A stretch of DNA of 64,000 nt, from assembly GCF_009914755.1 (NCBI RefSeq), contig NC_060940.1. One strand, written 5' to 3'. The position numbers were made by a program, and so were the translations under genes. Under the pieces are notes generated by a model. The model worked only from the letters and a program-made list of their open reading frames with translations. It was not told where the DNA came from and did not search any database. Shown here piece after piece: positions 51,148-64,000 of this stretch (within the stretch, counting starts at the first letter, position 1; the number at the start of each line of letters is the position of its first letter). Source of the DNA: the human T2T-CHM13v2.0 reference genome, Homo sapiens.

Positions 51148-52382
51148 TGCAGAAGTCACTCTCACACACATACTCATATTTGCCTTACCATTTGTGCAGG
51201 AAATCAATACCATTACTACCCAAGACCAAAGGTTTCACTGGATTTAAGCACTGACATGAGGCCAAGACCATAGCTCCTTCCATGGATATATGGTCCACTT
51301 TAATTTTTATGAATTCTACCCTAAGAAGGGGGAAATGTTAATTGAAATTGTAGCCATTGTTAACATTGAATTTATCACTTAATGGCAGTTACTTATTTTA
51401 ATTATAACATCTGTGTCCAAGTCAGTGTGTTCATTGTTGTATTCCTCAGAAAGTCTTATCAGGAACCCACTCCCACTGTAACTAACACAGATAAAGTCTT
51501 CTGCTGGCATCATCTCCGCTCTTCACACTCCAGGGAATACCTAAAAAATGGAAAAGGTAGACTGTGCCCTTTACTAACTCTTAAGGCAAAGAAGTTTAAG
51601 TAAGGACAAACATTAAGCCAATATTTCCGATATGGATGTTAAGGTTCACAGCACAACAAACATCACAACCTGTGGCTGTCTTTTACCTCATTCATGGAGG
51701 CTTATGAAGTACACTTTTCTTCTGGAATCCTCTCTTTTCCCCACCTCTCAGGGCTTCTTGGTGAGGTCCACACTCTTCACTCACCATTCCTGGTCTGAAG
51801 TCGGGATGTCTTGTCCTAACTATCAATGACCCACAGTTACCTCTACCTCTCAGCTGAGCCCTCAGCCTGTTTTCTTTTTTTCTACTCATGTTCTGATTGC
51901 AAATGACAGGAGTTATGACTGTTGTTGCCCCAGATCTCATCATCTACTTAAACGTCGTCATCTGCCAGTATTCTCAGCCTTGCTTTTTTTTCTCAGTGTT
52001 AAGAATTTGTTAGGGAGGAGCTGGTGAAATCCTGAAGTGCAGCAGAGACATGCATGCCTCATTCTTTGCTAAAACAGAATGCCTTCAGAAGCAAGTACCA
52101 GAAAACCCCAACCCAACTGTTGTAAACAAAGAGGAAAATTTATCATTTCACAAAACACAAAGGCTGAAGGTGCAGGGAAGCTCCAGGGATGGTTAATTCC
52201 CCACCTCCGCAGCATCAGGGATTGGGTTCTCTCCCTCTTCCTGCTTTATCATTCAGAGCCCGGCTGGATTATCCTCAGGCTAATTCACTCCATGTATGCA
52301 GAATAGCTGTACAGCTACCAGTGTCAGAGGCAGGCACATCGGCTTATAGGAGAAAGAGAGAGCAGCTCTCCCTTTCTGTGTT

Positions 52383-52780
52383 TGCGATGATTTAAATGCC
52401 CTCTCCAAAACTCACGTTGAAATTTAATTGCCAGTGTGATGATATTAAGAGGTAAGACCTCTAAAAGGTGATTAGGTCATGGGGGCTCCACCCTCATGAA
52501 TAGATGAATGCTGTTATCTCAGGAGAGTGTTTGTTACCGCGGGAGTGGGCTCCCGGTAAAAGGATGAGTTCGGCCCCCTTCCCCTTGCAAGCTCACTCAT
52601 CATATGATGCCTTTCACAACATTACGATGGAGCAAGGAGGCCTCGCCTGTTGTGGCCCCTCAATCTTGGACTTCCCACCCTCCAGGACCATGAGCCAAAT
52701 AATTTTTTTTCATTATAAATGACCCAGTCATTTTATTTAACAAGATATTATGTTGTCATAGCATAAAATGGACTAAGACA
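52383..52780 (+). mobile_element. MST (C/D-like) LTR nested in an older MLT1-like LTR (~52070-52900)
   Basis: ctccaaaactcacgttgaaatttaattgcc...aaatggactaagaca. Confidence 0.8.
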
Positions 52781-55780
52781 TCTTTTATCACCACTTTCCC
52801 AGAAGTTCCCATGCCCCACACATGTGCTCTCATACCTCATTGGCCAGACCAAGTGAAGTGTCTCTCAGTCACAGGTGAGGGAAATGAGATGACCATGAAT
52901 GGCAAATTAATCAAGCTTTACTCATTTAGAGAAGTTTAGAGGAGGATACCTTCTTTGGCCACATGACTGTATGGGAAATGGTGGACACTGACACACACAG
53001 GTGTATATAGATACACCTGCCCCTATGTGCACCACTGACACATGGATATTAACTCAGTGGTAGGACCAGAGTAAACCCCTGATCATAGTAATTGACATAA
53101 TTATAAGTGCAGACATTAACTGTACTGCAGTTTGTCTTTAGAACAGTGGTGTATATATACCTATACTCATGTTGTATACAACCTTCACAATATGTAGGAG
53201 AGGAACTTCCATGGAAGTATGAACAGAAGATCAACTGGACAGTTACGCTGCTGGTGAGCTGTGTGTAGCCTGAGGGATCTGGCACATCCTTAGTTCTTTT
53301 CGCACAAATGCTGCTGCCAGTTGGCTCAAGCATTTCAGGGCAGTTGCCACAGTTGTTACTACAGTTACCACATTTTTTCCAAACCAGCAGTCAGCATACA
53401 CAATTGGATAGGTACTTCTTTCCAATCTGTGAATTATTTGATGTCATATGAGTTACAGAAGTTCATCCCGGGTCATGTTTAAGGATATATAAATTACATG
53501 TTGTAGACAAAGTCTACGTTTCTACGTTTTTTTGACAGCACAAGTGACATGAAGTGAAATGCACATTTCAATGGGTGTCGCATCCTGGTCTCAATAGTTT
53601 TAGTGCAGACATTCTTCCTACACAAAAATGTTGTGAAAATTTGAATTGATCATAATGTGATTGATGTTGAGAAATAGGATTTATATAGTCCATGAACTAC
53701 TATTGGGTATAACCACTTGAAGCTGGGCACAGGTTCCTAAGGAGTGAGTGTCTGAGGACACCACAGAGAGGCCAGAGCTGCTCTGCTCACCTACCCAGTT
53801 CTTAGGTTCTACCTGGCATTCTTTAGCTCTCTGTTGTTAAAGGTAAACTCTGCCACAAGCCAAACTGCAAGGTCAAGACCAGAGCAGAGAGATGGGAGGC
53901 TTGTCAAAGAAGCATGAAGGTGCTTTTATTTCCTTCTGACCAGACAACTTGCTCAGCCTTAGCTTCAGCAATCAACTACATCTGTAAAGACGCTTTTACT
54001 GTTGGTGTTTTAAACAGAAAAACAATGACTTCATAATCTAGAACTCTCTAGAACCTCCTTTTCTATTACAAAAGCAGCTGCTTTTCTCTCCTAGTTTTTG
54101 GAAATGTGAGGCTTCTTAGAAATTCAAATGTTGTGTCATAACCTAACATAGTTTGCATAATTGCAGAGAACTCACCAGATGACTGTTGTATCTTATGAGG
54201 CCCCTCCCCAGAACTCCTGGAGAGACCTAAAGTGGGGGGCAGATCCTATCACCACAGCTTTGTATTACAAAACTTCATTAAATATATTATGCAATGCATT
54301 ACTGCTGTATGCATCATAAATAGACACACCATCCTTCATGTCTCAAATATTGATTATCTAAACTATCCCACATCATCTATTTGGACCTAGGGATATGAAG
54401 ATACAAAGATGCAGTCTGTTGGCAGAATAAAATTCTTAAACAGATCTTAGAATAGTGTGAGTTGTTCCTGGAAGGTACAGAGTGCCATGGGAACTCAGAG
54501 AACAGATTCCCACCCCAGTAAGAATTCTGGGATCACTCCACCCCAAAAGAATGAGGGTTATGTTGTCCTTAGTGGGAGGTGGTAGTTGTGGATTAGGTCC
54601 TATCATTTCACACACTGACCATCTCTGCCCAGTACCCTGAATGAGTGCTCCATGACATCATCCTCTTTGACCTCTGGCCACCTTCCCTTCTCCTAGCCTT
54701 GCTCCTCACCAGGTAATCCTAGACATATGGACAGCTCACTATCAAGAGGAGGATTGGTCCACTGGAGAACCGTTAATCCCTTCTGCACTTTGGGGATGAT
54801 CTCATCTGATTTGTCTGTCCTGCTTCCTCAAAGCCCCTAAAATGCATTTCTATGCTAAGTTAAACAGAATTGATTGCGGCTAGATTTACTGAGTCTTTTG
54901 AAAAGGTTCTATTATTTTGAATGTAAGAAAATAATGTACTACACCTCCTGAGAAATAGATCTTCTGCAACATTTTCATTAATCTCTTTATTAAATGTAAC
55001 TGGTTTCTCTTTGGAAATTAATTACTGAAGTAGTATTGAGAATTTTAATTTCCACAATATACCAGCAAGAGATACTGCTGTTTCTTTATACACTGTTACA
55101 CAGCAGGGCAATAATCTATTGAAATAAGCCCAAAAAGGGGGCAGCTTGTAATTAAAACAGTATAACACGAGTGTTTGATGACTCTCTTAGTGCTAAAATG
55201 GCCCTGTCATGCTGTGTTTGGGTGGAATAAAATGTATATTTAGGAAACAGCTCTATATGGAGAAGTCGACAGACTCAGGTTTTACAGTCTGGGATGTGGC
55301 TGTGTTTCACTGCAATAATATGCCCACGAGGAAATACGGTTTGTTTTTGGCATCTGAGAATTACAACCATTGCTGCACAATAGGAAGCTTCTTCCCTTAG
55401 TAAGCCACCCCCATTGTGAAATTTAAAATATTTAAATGATGAAGCAGAGAGCATCAATTATCAATGTCGGTATCCATGGAAAAGACATGAGTATGCAAAC
55501 ACCTGAGTGCACGCACAGCTCACATGTAGGTGCAAGTCCACGAATGGATGCGGATCCTGTATGTGTGCATGAAGGCCCTCATTGACACAGATTCAGCACT
55601 CAATAACTCTCCCTCACGCTTAGAGGAGGCTTCATATTTTTCAAGACACGTTCCTATCTGTCATCTTCTATCCTCCCAGACGTGTTTTCCCATGATAAGA
55701 ATTATTTACACATCATTTACATTTACAGATTTGCTTTTTTTGTTGTTAGTGTCAAAGACATTTTTGCAGATGCTGTGTTG

Positions 55781-55962
55781 CTCTTCTCTTTTCTCCTTCC
55801 TCACTCTCTTCTTTCCTGCCTTCCCTCCCTCCCTCCCTTCCTCCCTCCTTTCCTTCCTCCCTCACTCCTTTCCTTTCTCTTTCCCTTCCTCCCTCCCTCC
55901 TTTCTTCCTCCCTCTCTCCTTCCCTTCTTTTCTCCCTCTCTCATTCCCTTCCTCCCCCTCAC
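55781..55962. repeat. Polypyrimidine (CCTT/CCCT) tract
   Basis: ~180 nt almost purely C/T. Confidence 0.92.
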
Positions 55963-56364
55963 TCTAAGTGCTAAGTATACAGCCATGAACACCACCAGCT
56001 CCCTGCTTTTAGGGAGCCCAAAGTCCTGCCCACTCAGCATATAAAATCCTATAATTGCCTCTTCTTGGAAAGCAGTTTATTGATTTTGACCACTGATACA
56101 TGTACCTTTGAGGTCTATGCCCTATCCCCAGAAGCTCCTCAAAGAAAACAGTACAACTGAATCACATATTGTATCCTTTCTGGATGAAGTCTGTTAACTA
56201 AAACTTGCTCATCTTCTTGTATTTCCAGTAATGTGGGTGAGTCTTATGGATAAGTGATCAGGGCAGATCCCAGGCTGGACTTCTCCTTATCCTGGCTTAA
56301 GGCCACCAGCAACATTCTTGTGTTGGATCTAGACACCAGCTCTACCGCACATTGAGGCAGAGTT

Positions 56365-56367
<3 letters not shown>

Positions 56368-56406
<39 letters not shown>
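56368..56406 (+). repeat. Isolated A39 homopolymer flanked by TTCAT direct repeats
   Basis: agTTCAT-A39-TTCATgg. Confidence 0.9.
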
Positions 56407-56408
<2 letters not shown>

Positions 56409-58132
56409 CATGGTTGCTGTTAGAGCCCCAATCCTGCATAATGGGCTTTTATTTAAAAAAAAAACAAAACAAAACAACAACAACAAAAAAAAACGCTGTA
56501 CCTAGAAGTAACTGTCCAGAAAAGAATAATATAATGCATACCCAAGATCATAAATACTGGAAATCATACAACCGCTGGTTTCTCAATTACAGTAAGAAAA
56601 TAATTCACAATACTCAAGGGGAAGGTAGCACTTGTGAGCCAGCATTATTTATAGAAACCTTTCTTTTATCTTTCTTTGCAAAGTCTTTTACTAGAATTAT
56701 TTATTTAGGATAATTAGAGAAAAATTCTGTAATTTCAAGTAAATATTAACTACAAATCAATTCCAATAAAAATGCTGCTGTCCAATCATCTGTGTCACTG
56801 CACTTGGGAGAAAACAATTTATGTTCAAGCCTCTTTAGCTGGATTAATCTCTTCAAACCTAAGTGATCCATATGAAGATCTTGTCACCGGAAATTACTTT
56901 TGATCCAATACATCTCACATATCATAATGGTAATAAACATTTGTCTTGTGCCTTACAGCTTAAAAAGTGTTTTTCATCCATTATCTCTCTTAATTTTCAT
57001 ATTGATTTTTAGAAAATTAATTTGTTCAACCAGTGTTTGGGTGCTTCTTGTTTGTTTATTCCACAAAAATTTATGGAGTACCTCTCTCAGTCCTCACCAC
57101 TGGGGATGCAATGGCAAATAAGATGAAGTCTCCAGCCATAAAGAAACTATATTCTAGTGAGGGAGATGGATGATAAAATTAAAAATTGTGCAAGTGCATG
57201 ATCCAGTGTCAGGGAATGATAAGACCTGTGTAGAATTAAGAGGCCAGGGGTTAGATCTGGACAAGAAATGCTTGTTCTTGCTACATAAAGAGTTAAAGGC
57301 TGAGCATCCCTGAGTAATGTGAGACTGTGAACCAGGAGGACAGCGTTCCAGGCAGAGTGAATATTTGGATCATGCCTCACATATCGTACTGCAGTTAGCA
57401 CTTACTACTTAATACCACACGGGTATTTTCCCATGTTGTTCAAACTTGAATTTTTAAAGTCTGAAAAATATTCCATTTATGGATGTCCTTATAGATTTAT
57501 AGATATCCAGCGTTGCAGTCCGGGGCTCATCAAATTTTTTCCACTCCTTACTGAGCTTCAGACCCACCGGGCTGCAGAGAAACATCTCTAGCAAATCATA
57601 ATCATTTGCGTTAATAGGTCTGTGTGGCCCCTGAAGATTTCATAAGGTGGAAAAACTACTCCCAATTCATGGGGATTGGGCTGGACACACTTCAGTAGCT
57701 TTCCTTGAAAACTGGAGGAAAGGCAGAGCTGTGGCAGAGTCAACGTGGGAAATGTGGTCTGTTGAGTGGTCCTAGGAGTTTCAAGAACAACCATTCTGTG
57801 CAGATCAGTCAGCCCTGTGGGGATTTTAGACGTGGATTGTACTCTGAGAGCTAATGATGAGTTTGCTGGAAATAATTTTTCCATTTCCATTTCTAATTGT
57901 TAATATAGTACAGTGAGCTCGGTAAGCACAATCTGCTCAGATAACCCAATCTGCAGTGTGACTGGTGCCTGTGGCTGGTGCCTACACAACAGGCTTTTGT
58001 TTCGTAACTTCAGCACTTGTTGTGGGGGGAAGCACCACAAAGCTGCTATCCATTGAGCAGTCTTTCACCCTAGTTTTGGTGCATATCACTTCTTTAATCA
58101 AGCAAAATGGCTCTAAAATAATATCAATTTTT

Positions 58133-58558
58133 TTTTCTTTTTTAAACTTTTAGGTGCAGGGGATACATGTGCAGGTTTGTTACGTGTATAAATTGCATGT
58201 CACAGAGGTTTGGTGTACAGACGATTTTGTCATCCACGTACTAAGCATAATACCCAATAGGTAGTTTTTTTCAATCCTCTCCCACCCCCAACCCTTCACC
58301 CTCAAGTAGGCCCTGGGGTCTTTTGTTCCCGTCTTAGTGTCTATGAGTGAGTACTCATAGACATAGTAGTGTCTATTAGCTCCCACTTATAAGTGAGAAC
58401 AAGGGCATTTGCTTTTTTCTTCCTGCAAGTTCCCATAGGTGGCAGCTGGATAAAGAAAATGTGGTACATACACACCATGGAATACTATGAAGCCACAAAA
58501 AAGAACGAGATCATGTCCTTCATGGCAACGTGGATGGAGCTGTGGACCATTATCCTAA
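58133..58558 (-). mobile_element. Old L1PA (PA15/16-like) with 5' inversion (minus 58133-58426, inverted plus 58427-58558)
   Basis: 3'UTR on minus followed by the ORF2 end on plus; degenerate TSD AATAATATCAATTTTT/AACAATATGAATTCTT. Confidence 0.88.
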
Positions 58559-59654
58559 ACAATATGAATTCTTAAGAAGCCAACAGGGAGGCCCATTTAA
58601 AAGCAGCCACAAAGGGGTACATAAAAGTGAAGACAGGTTTTAATGACATAGGTTTCAAGTTAACTACTGTTTGTTGATCTCTTGTGGTTTCCGTGGGAGG
58701 GGCATTTCAATACTACATAGGTATCGTGTTTTTATTTTCGTAACTACGCAGCGAGGTAAGTTTAGTTATCTCCACAAGCAACATGTAAGAAAATTGAGGC
58801 TCAGAGGGGTGAAAAGGCCACCCTTGATCAAACAGTTGGTACTGAACCTGGTTTCTAGCCTCACATGCAGGACCTCAGAGCTCTTAATGATTCACCCATA
58901 CTAGTCTATCATAGGCGGCAGTGCAGGTTTTGCCTCTGACCACATTGCTTACACTTTCCATCTTCCTCTCCACCACTTACCTGGGGTTAAGCTCTCTTCC
59001 AGCCTGCACTATGACAACAGCCTCTTCAAGCCAATCTTACACCCTCTCGCCTTCCCCCAGGCCAGGCCGTCTCCTCCATCCCAACACCAAGGTCCCTCAA
59101 AGGAAAGACCAGTGAAGTCTCAACCCTTCTTAAAAGCCTCAGTGACAACCATTCTGCTGGGTGGGATTGCTGGCAGGAAGGTGGCCTTAGGGAAAGGCTG
59201 GTTTCAGCCAAGGCTGGAGGTGGAGAGAATGTTCTAGAAAGCACTGGTTGCTGGAAGGGTTTGTGGATCAGAGACCTCTCAGTTAGCTCAGGCCCTTGGT
59301 ACATGCTCTTCTCTCTGTTTATAATGTTCTTCCTGCCACTCATTATTTGGCTCCTACCCTGAGTGATCCCTTGCCTCCCTCACCTGCTAGAGACCCTCTG
59401 CCACAGGCTTCAGTTAGTTATTCCAGCCTCCTGAAAGCACTTACCACAGTTTGAACTTACCTTTGTGAGGTTATCTGATTAGTGTCTTTAGAGCTCTCTA
59501 AGTAATGTATTCCTTCAAGAAAGGGATTCTGTCTTTCCCCCCAGAGAAACCCCCACATGCAGCACAGAGCCTGATGTGTGAAACTTGCTGAATGAGTTGA
59601 AAATAATAAGCTAATGATTTTATAAATTCATTTAAAGGATCCTCAGCTTCTACT

Positions 59655-59830
59655 GCAATGGTTCTCAAACACCTGGTGGCGGGGGGGGTGTTTATTAAAT
59701 ATGCACATTCTTGGGCCCCACGCCAGATCTACTACTAAGAACCTCCATGGGTGTGAACTATAATTTGTAAGCAAAATGTATAAGCAAGCTCCCAGGGTGA
59801 ATTTTGATTTGGATAAGAGTTTGGGGACTT
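59655..59830. mobile_element. MER5 family
   Basis: tggttctcaaac...cattcttgggccccacgccagatctact. Confidence 0.65.
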
Positions 59831-59869
59831 CCTTCTTAGCACACAAAATCCAGTCTTTATTCCATTTAG

Positions 59870-60110
59870 GTGTGTTCAAATGGTGTCATCTCAGTGAGCC
59901 CTCCTCTGCCCCTCTTATTTAAAATTCCATACTTCCAGCCCTGTCTGACCCGGCACTCCCTATAGACACATGCTTTATTTTTATCCAGAGAACTTGTCTG
60001 TCACTTCCCACTATTATACATGAGGGCAGGGATCGTTGGTCACTCCTACTATATTCCCATTTCCTAGAACAGTGCCTGGTACACATTAGACATCCAATAC
60101 ATGTTTGAAT
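59870..60110 (+). mobile_element. L2 3' end
   Basis: catgagggcaggga...cctagaacagtgcctggtacac. Confidence 0.65.
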
Positions 60111-61395
60111 TAATGCCAAGTTTGCCCCATAGAGCATTTATGATGTTCAAGGCCTTAAGCAGCTGGGAAAGGAGAGATGCTGGGCCACATAACTTGAGAT
60201 AATATTGACATTCTTTTTTGCTATTTTTCTTTTTTCCTTTTGATTAGATGACACTTGAGAAATTAGGTCAGCCATCATACTTTCTGTCCAAATGGCTGTT
60301 GGGTCATGTCCACCTAATAGAAAGGCAATTTTGGCTGCTAATTTCCTGTCTGATCAGATTAATTGAATTCAGACAGTGAGCACAGAGCCCCCTTTCAGAG
60401 TAAAGAAGACAGCACTGACATGAGTGCTCATGCAGGCTTCTTAGTTTTTCTCTGATGAGGAGCTGTGTTTTATTTCCTTGATCTTGGAATTACTGAGAGA
60501 GATGGAGAAGATGCAGGGGAGCTCAGAAAGCGTGTAGGAGGGGCTTAAGGAGGGGGCACCATTTTCCTCCTGGCATTAGTAAAACCTCAGGAGTGAGCCT
60601 TATGACTCTGGCTTGGAAGATAAGGGGGGCCTGCTTTGTCACTTGTGACTACAGGATTAATGACTTGGTTATACGTCATTTCTGAACCCATAGTGTCTGT
60701 CGCCCACTTTATGGGAATTAAACCTTCCATTCAGAGCAAATAAGTTCCCCGGATGCCGGGCACAGTGGGTAGCGGTGCAGGGAAGGAAAGAGGGGTGAGG
60801 GAAGGGTCACAAATGAGCCATGAAAACTGCCCTGAAGAGCTTATAAACTAATGAAGCACTTTCGTTTTTATGCTTTATGTTCTATAATAGAAAAAATCGA
60901 GGTGGCTTATAATGAAGACTACAGATTAATGATGGTCATTTAAACAATTATAACAGAAGGAAAAAATGTACAAGGAAAGGAGTTAATTAGAACCTGAACA
61001 CCTAGGCCAAGACTGATTTACAGGATCATAGCACATCAGGATTGAACAGGCTTATGAGGAGCACTCAGTTCAAACTCGCCCCACACTCTCAGGCTGTTGT
61101 CCGAATCCTTTCAAGGGACAGCCCAATCCATCCCAATCACTCCAACTCTGAGAAGTTCTGCTTGATATATTTCATTTATCAAGCTGATATCTGTTTTTCC
61201 CTTTGGTCCTAGCCCTATCCATTAGGAGCCCCCCAAGAGCAGCCCTATCATTCTACAAGATGGCCCCTCATTGAATAAGTTGAGGGTTTCCTCTTGTTCT
61301 CTGTCTTCTCTTCACCTGTGTCTTTGGTGTTTCCCATATGACTTGCAAGCACCTTGAGCCAGTGATTGCCTCTCAAACACCTTTGAGTTGCAGAA

Positions 61396-62053
61396 TGTAT
61401 GAGTTCATTTTCACCCTGCTAATTAAAATATACCCAGGACTGGGCAATTTACAAAAGAAAGAGGTTTAATAGTCTTACAGTTTCCCATGGCTGGGGAGGC
61501 CTCACAGTCATGGCAGAAGACAAGAGCATGTCACATCTTGGGCCAGGCGTGGTGGCTCGCGCCTGTAATCCCAGCACTTTGGGAGGCCAAGTCGGGAGGA
61601 TCACGAGTTCGGGAGATCGAGACCATCCTGGCTAACACGGTGAAACCCTGTCTCTACTAAAAATACAAAAAAATTACCTTGGCATGGTGACAGGCACCTG
61701 TAGCCACAGCTACTCGGGAGGCTGAGGCAGAAGAATGGGATGAACATGGGAGGTGGAGCCTACAGGAGCCAAGATCAGGCCACTGCACTCCAGCCTGGGT
61801 GACAGAGTGAGACTCCATCTCAAAAAACAACAAACAAAAGCATGTCACATCTTATGTAGATGTTGGCAGGCAGAGAGAGTATGTGCAGGGGAACTCCCCC
61901 TTATAAAACCATTAGATCTCATGAGACTTACAATCATGAGAACAACATGGGAAAGACCTGCCCCCATAATACAATTACCCCCCACCAGGTCTCTGCAACA
62001 ACATGTGGGAGTTCAAGATGAAATTTGGGTGGCAACACAGCCAAATCATATCA
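61396..62053 (-). mobile_element. THE1 solo LTR interrupted by an Alu
   Basis: TGTATGAGT...AATCATATCA; perfect TSD CAGAA. Confidence 0.9.
61541..61838 (+). mobile_element. AluY/Sc-type inside THE1
   Basis: 15-bp TSD AGCATGTCACATCTT (61525-61539, 61839-61853). Confidence 0.93.
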
Positions 62054-62274
62054 CAGAACTACCACAATACCTGTTACAAAATGGGCACTCAATAAATACT
62101 GGATAGGTGGATTCATTGGTACCTGTCTTCTTAAAAGAAGAAAGGCAGGATAATCAATGAGAGGTTTTCTCACTCATGGTTATGACCTTGCATTTGGATG
62201 GACAGTCATCTACAAATATGTTTTCACCTTCTCAGGGCAGGCTGAACAAAGCCTGTCTGAAGGTTGTCACATAA

Positions 62275-62420
62275 CTATGTTCTCCAAAGTATGGGGAGTT
62301 TATTAAAAACTCAGATGCCTAAACCATACTCCGAACCTACTGAATAAGGATCTCTTTCTGTGGGGCCCAGGGAATCTGCATTTTAACAGATTCCTAGGTA
62401 CAATTCAGTTTGGGAATCCT
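62275..62420. mobile_element. MER5B-like
   Basis: acctactgaat...ggggcccagggaatctgcattttaaca. Confidence 0.65.
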
Positions 62421-62439
62421 ACAAAGGCTTTAAAAGGGC

Positions 62440-62835
62440 AAAGATTTCTTAAAGTGTGATCAGTGAGAATCCCTGAGACTTTTTCAGGGGCTTCATGAGG
62501 TCAAGACTATTTTCATAAAAATACTGAGGTGTTTTGTGCGTTCATCCCTCTCATATCTCATGTATATATCATGGAGCTTCCAGAGGCTTCCTGGTGTACA
62601 TCATTGAACCAGACTGAAAGTAGCAGATAAGAGAATCCAGCGGATTCCCTTAAGTCAAACGTGAAAGCCCTGCAATAGCCACTCTTTCTACTATATTTTC
62701 TTTTGTTTAGGAAAATACAGTTTTTAATTTAAAAATATTTTTATGTTAAAAAGCTATGAGTTTATTTTTTTAGTAATTTGGTAATCTTTTTAGGTTTTGT
62801 AGAAATATAAAGGATCCTGAAACCAAAAAATTTGA
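62440..62835 (+). mobile_element. hAT-Charlie relic (MER119/Charlie-like)
   Basis: atgaggtcaagactattttcata...gcagataagagaatccagc...tcctgaaaccaaaaaatttga. Confidence 0.6.
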
Positions 62836-64000
62836 CAAGTTTGTTTGCTATTGGGCAACAAACTAAATAAATGTATTTAAAAAGTAGATTTCCTATCTTT
62901 ATTCAGTGAAATGCTATATCAAGTAGTTGATCCCATGTCAACTTAATTTGTTAAAATTATGATTTCTATTGATAAAAGGTCTCATAGTTCCTATTCTCCA
63001 AGAAGGCCAAGGTGTTTTTGCAGTATTGCAGCATGAGCAGGAATCAGGCGCTAAGTATTGCTTTCCTTTAAAAAAAAATGCATTATATTTCCCAGATTTC
63101 TGGCAAATTTGCAGTTATTCAATTTTAAGTAGCGGGAACCAAATCCATCTGGATTTTTAAAAAGTACAACCCCAGGAATTTTGTGATCATAGATATGACT
63201 CCTTTATCTCTCATTCCCAAAGCTTAAACCAGATCCAGCTTAAAGTCATCTGATTTTCTTTTAGCTCTTCCCCATTCACCATGGGCTCCTTAAACCAAAG
63301 ATACCTTCTAAGCAAAAGGCACCTTCTAAGCTCCAAGACAACCCTCTGAAATGGGGAAAGGTAGCAGTATTGTGGTAAAGGTTTAATGAATTGCTTGGAG
63401 GACGTGCAAAGCCAAGCCCTGACTTGCCAGTTTCCATGGTGTGAAGAATCCCGTTATAGTTGGTTTTGAGTTGAAGCTATCAACCCGGCATCACTAAACA
63501 CGGTAATGGGAAGGGAAACATACAACAGGCTCTGGAGGAGACAGCAAGAAAAACTGTCTAAATCCGTTCTCTCTTTCAACCATCCAGAGTTTACTCTGGA
63601 TCCTGGCAATGCCGGTTGAGGTGGCATTATTCCAGGGTAGTCTTTCATATGTCAGCAGAGAAGAGAAGGATACAAGTGTGGCCAAATATGTTAGAGGCTG
63701 GAGCAAACTCCTTGAGAGCATCTGATTCGCATTCTGTGAAGAACCTGTATTCATAGCAAGAAATGAGGCTGAAAAGAGAAGCAGTGAATTTAGAACATGA
63801 CTACCTTGCCTGGAGAGGGGAAAGGGCAGGATGTTGAACCTTAGTCTCATAATCAGTCTTATCAGAATAACAATAGCCAGCATGCTAAGCCTGGATAGAA
63901 ATACAGAAAGCACACAGCACTCTGCCTGCCTTATACTGTAGTAGTGACATCTTTCCTTTTTATTTATTTATTTTTTATTGTAATGGGTGCTCTTTTGGGA

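Noticed and set aside
55530-56044. 145/120-aa ORFs rich in P/S/F/L
   Set aside because: Open only because the pyrimidine tract contains no stop codons.
63303-63331. ACCTTCTAAGC direct repeat
   Set aside because: An 11-bp micro-duplication with nothing further to support significance.
63494-63913. 139-aa hydrophobic minus-strand ORF
   Set aside because: No recognisable domain or splice context; length is within chance expectation for a six-frame scan of 64 kb.

Overview
Primate genomic DNA, almost certainly human. The only coding sequence I can support is one 153-bp internal exon (2271-2423, + strand) encoding [52 protein letters not shown] recognise this as part of the EC1 domain of T-cadherin (CDH13, 16q23.3; from memory exon 5). 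The rest of the window is the end of the upstream intron and about 61 kb of the very long downstream intron. It is filled with Alu/FLAM, L1 fragments, MaLR (THE1/MST/MLT1) and ERVL solo LTRs, hAT and mariner DNA-transposon relics (MER20, MER5, MER3, MER58, MER63, MER94, MADE2), MIR/L2 and microsatellites. The ORF track looks like noise from repeats and chance. I see no evidence of a new gene or biological system. The most unusual features are mutational scars: a ~126-bp locally templated, intron-like copy inserted into a MER20 with junction microhomology; a 3'-truncated L1 with a TSD; a twin-primed L1 carrying a fold-back micro-duplication; an L1 with a possible micro 3' transduction; a tail-less Alu; a solo poly(A); and an AT-rich hairpin minisatellite. 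There are also candidate splicing and enhancer elements. Repeat subfamilies were called by eye from remembered consensus sequences and need RepeatMasker/Dfam confirmation.
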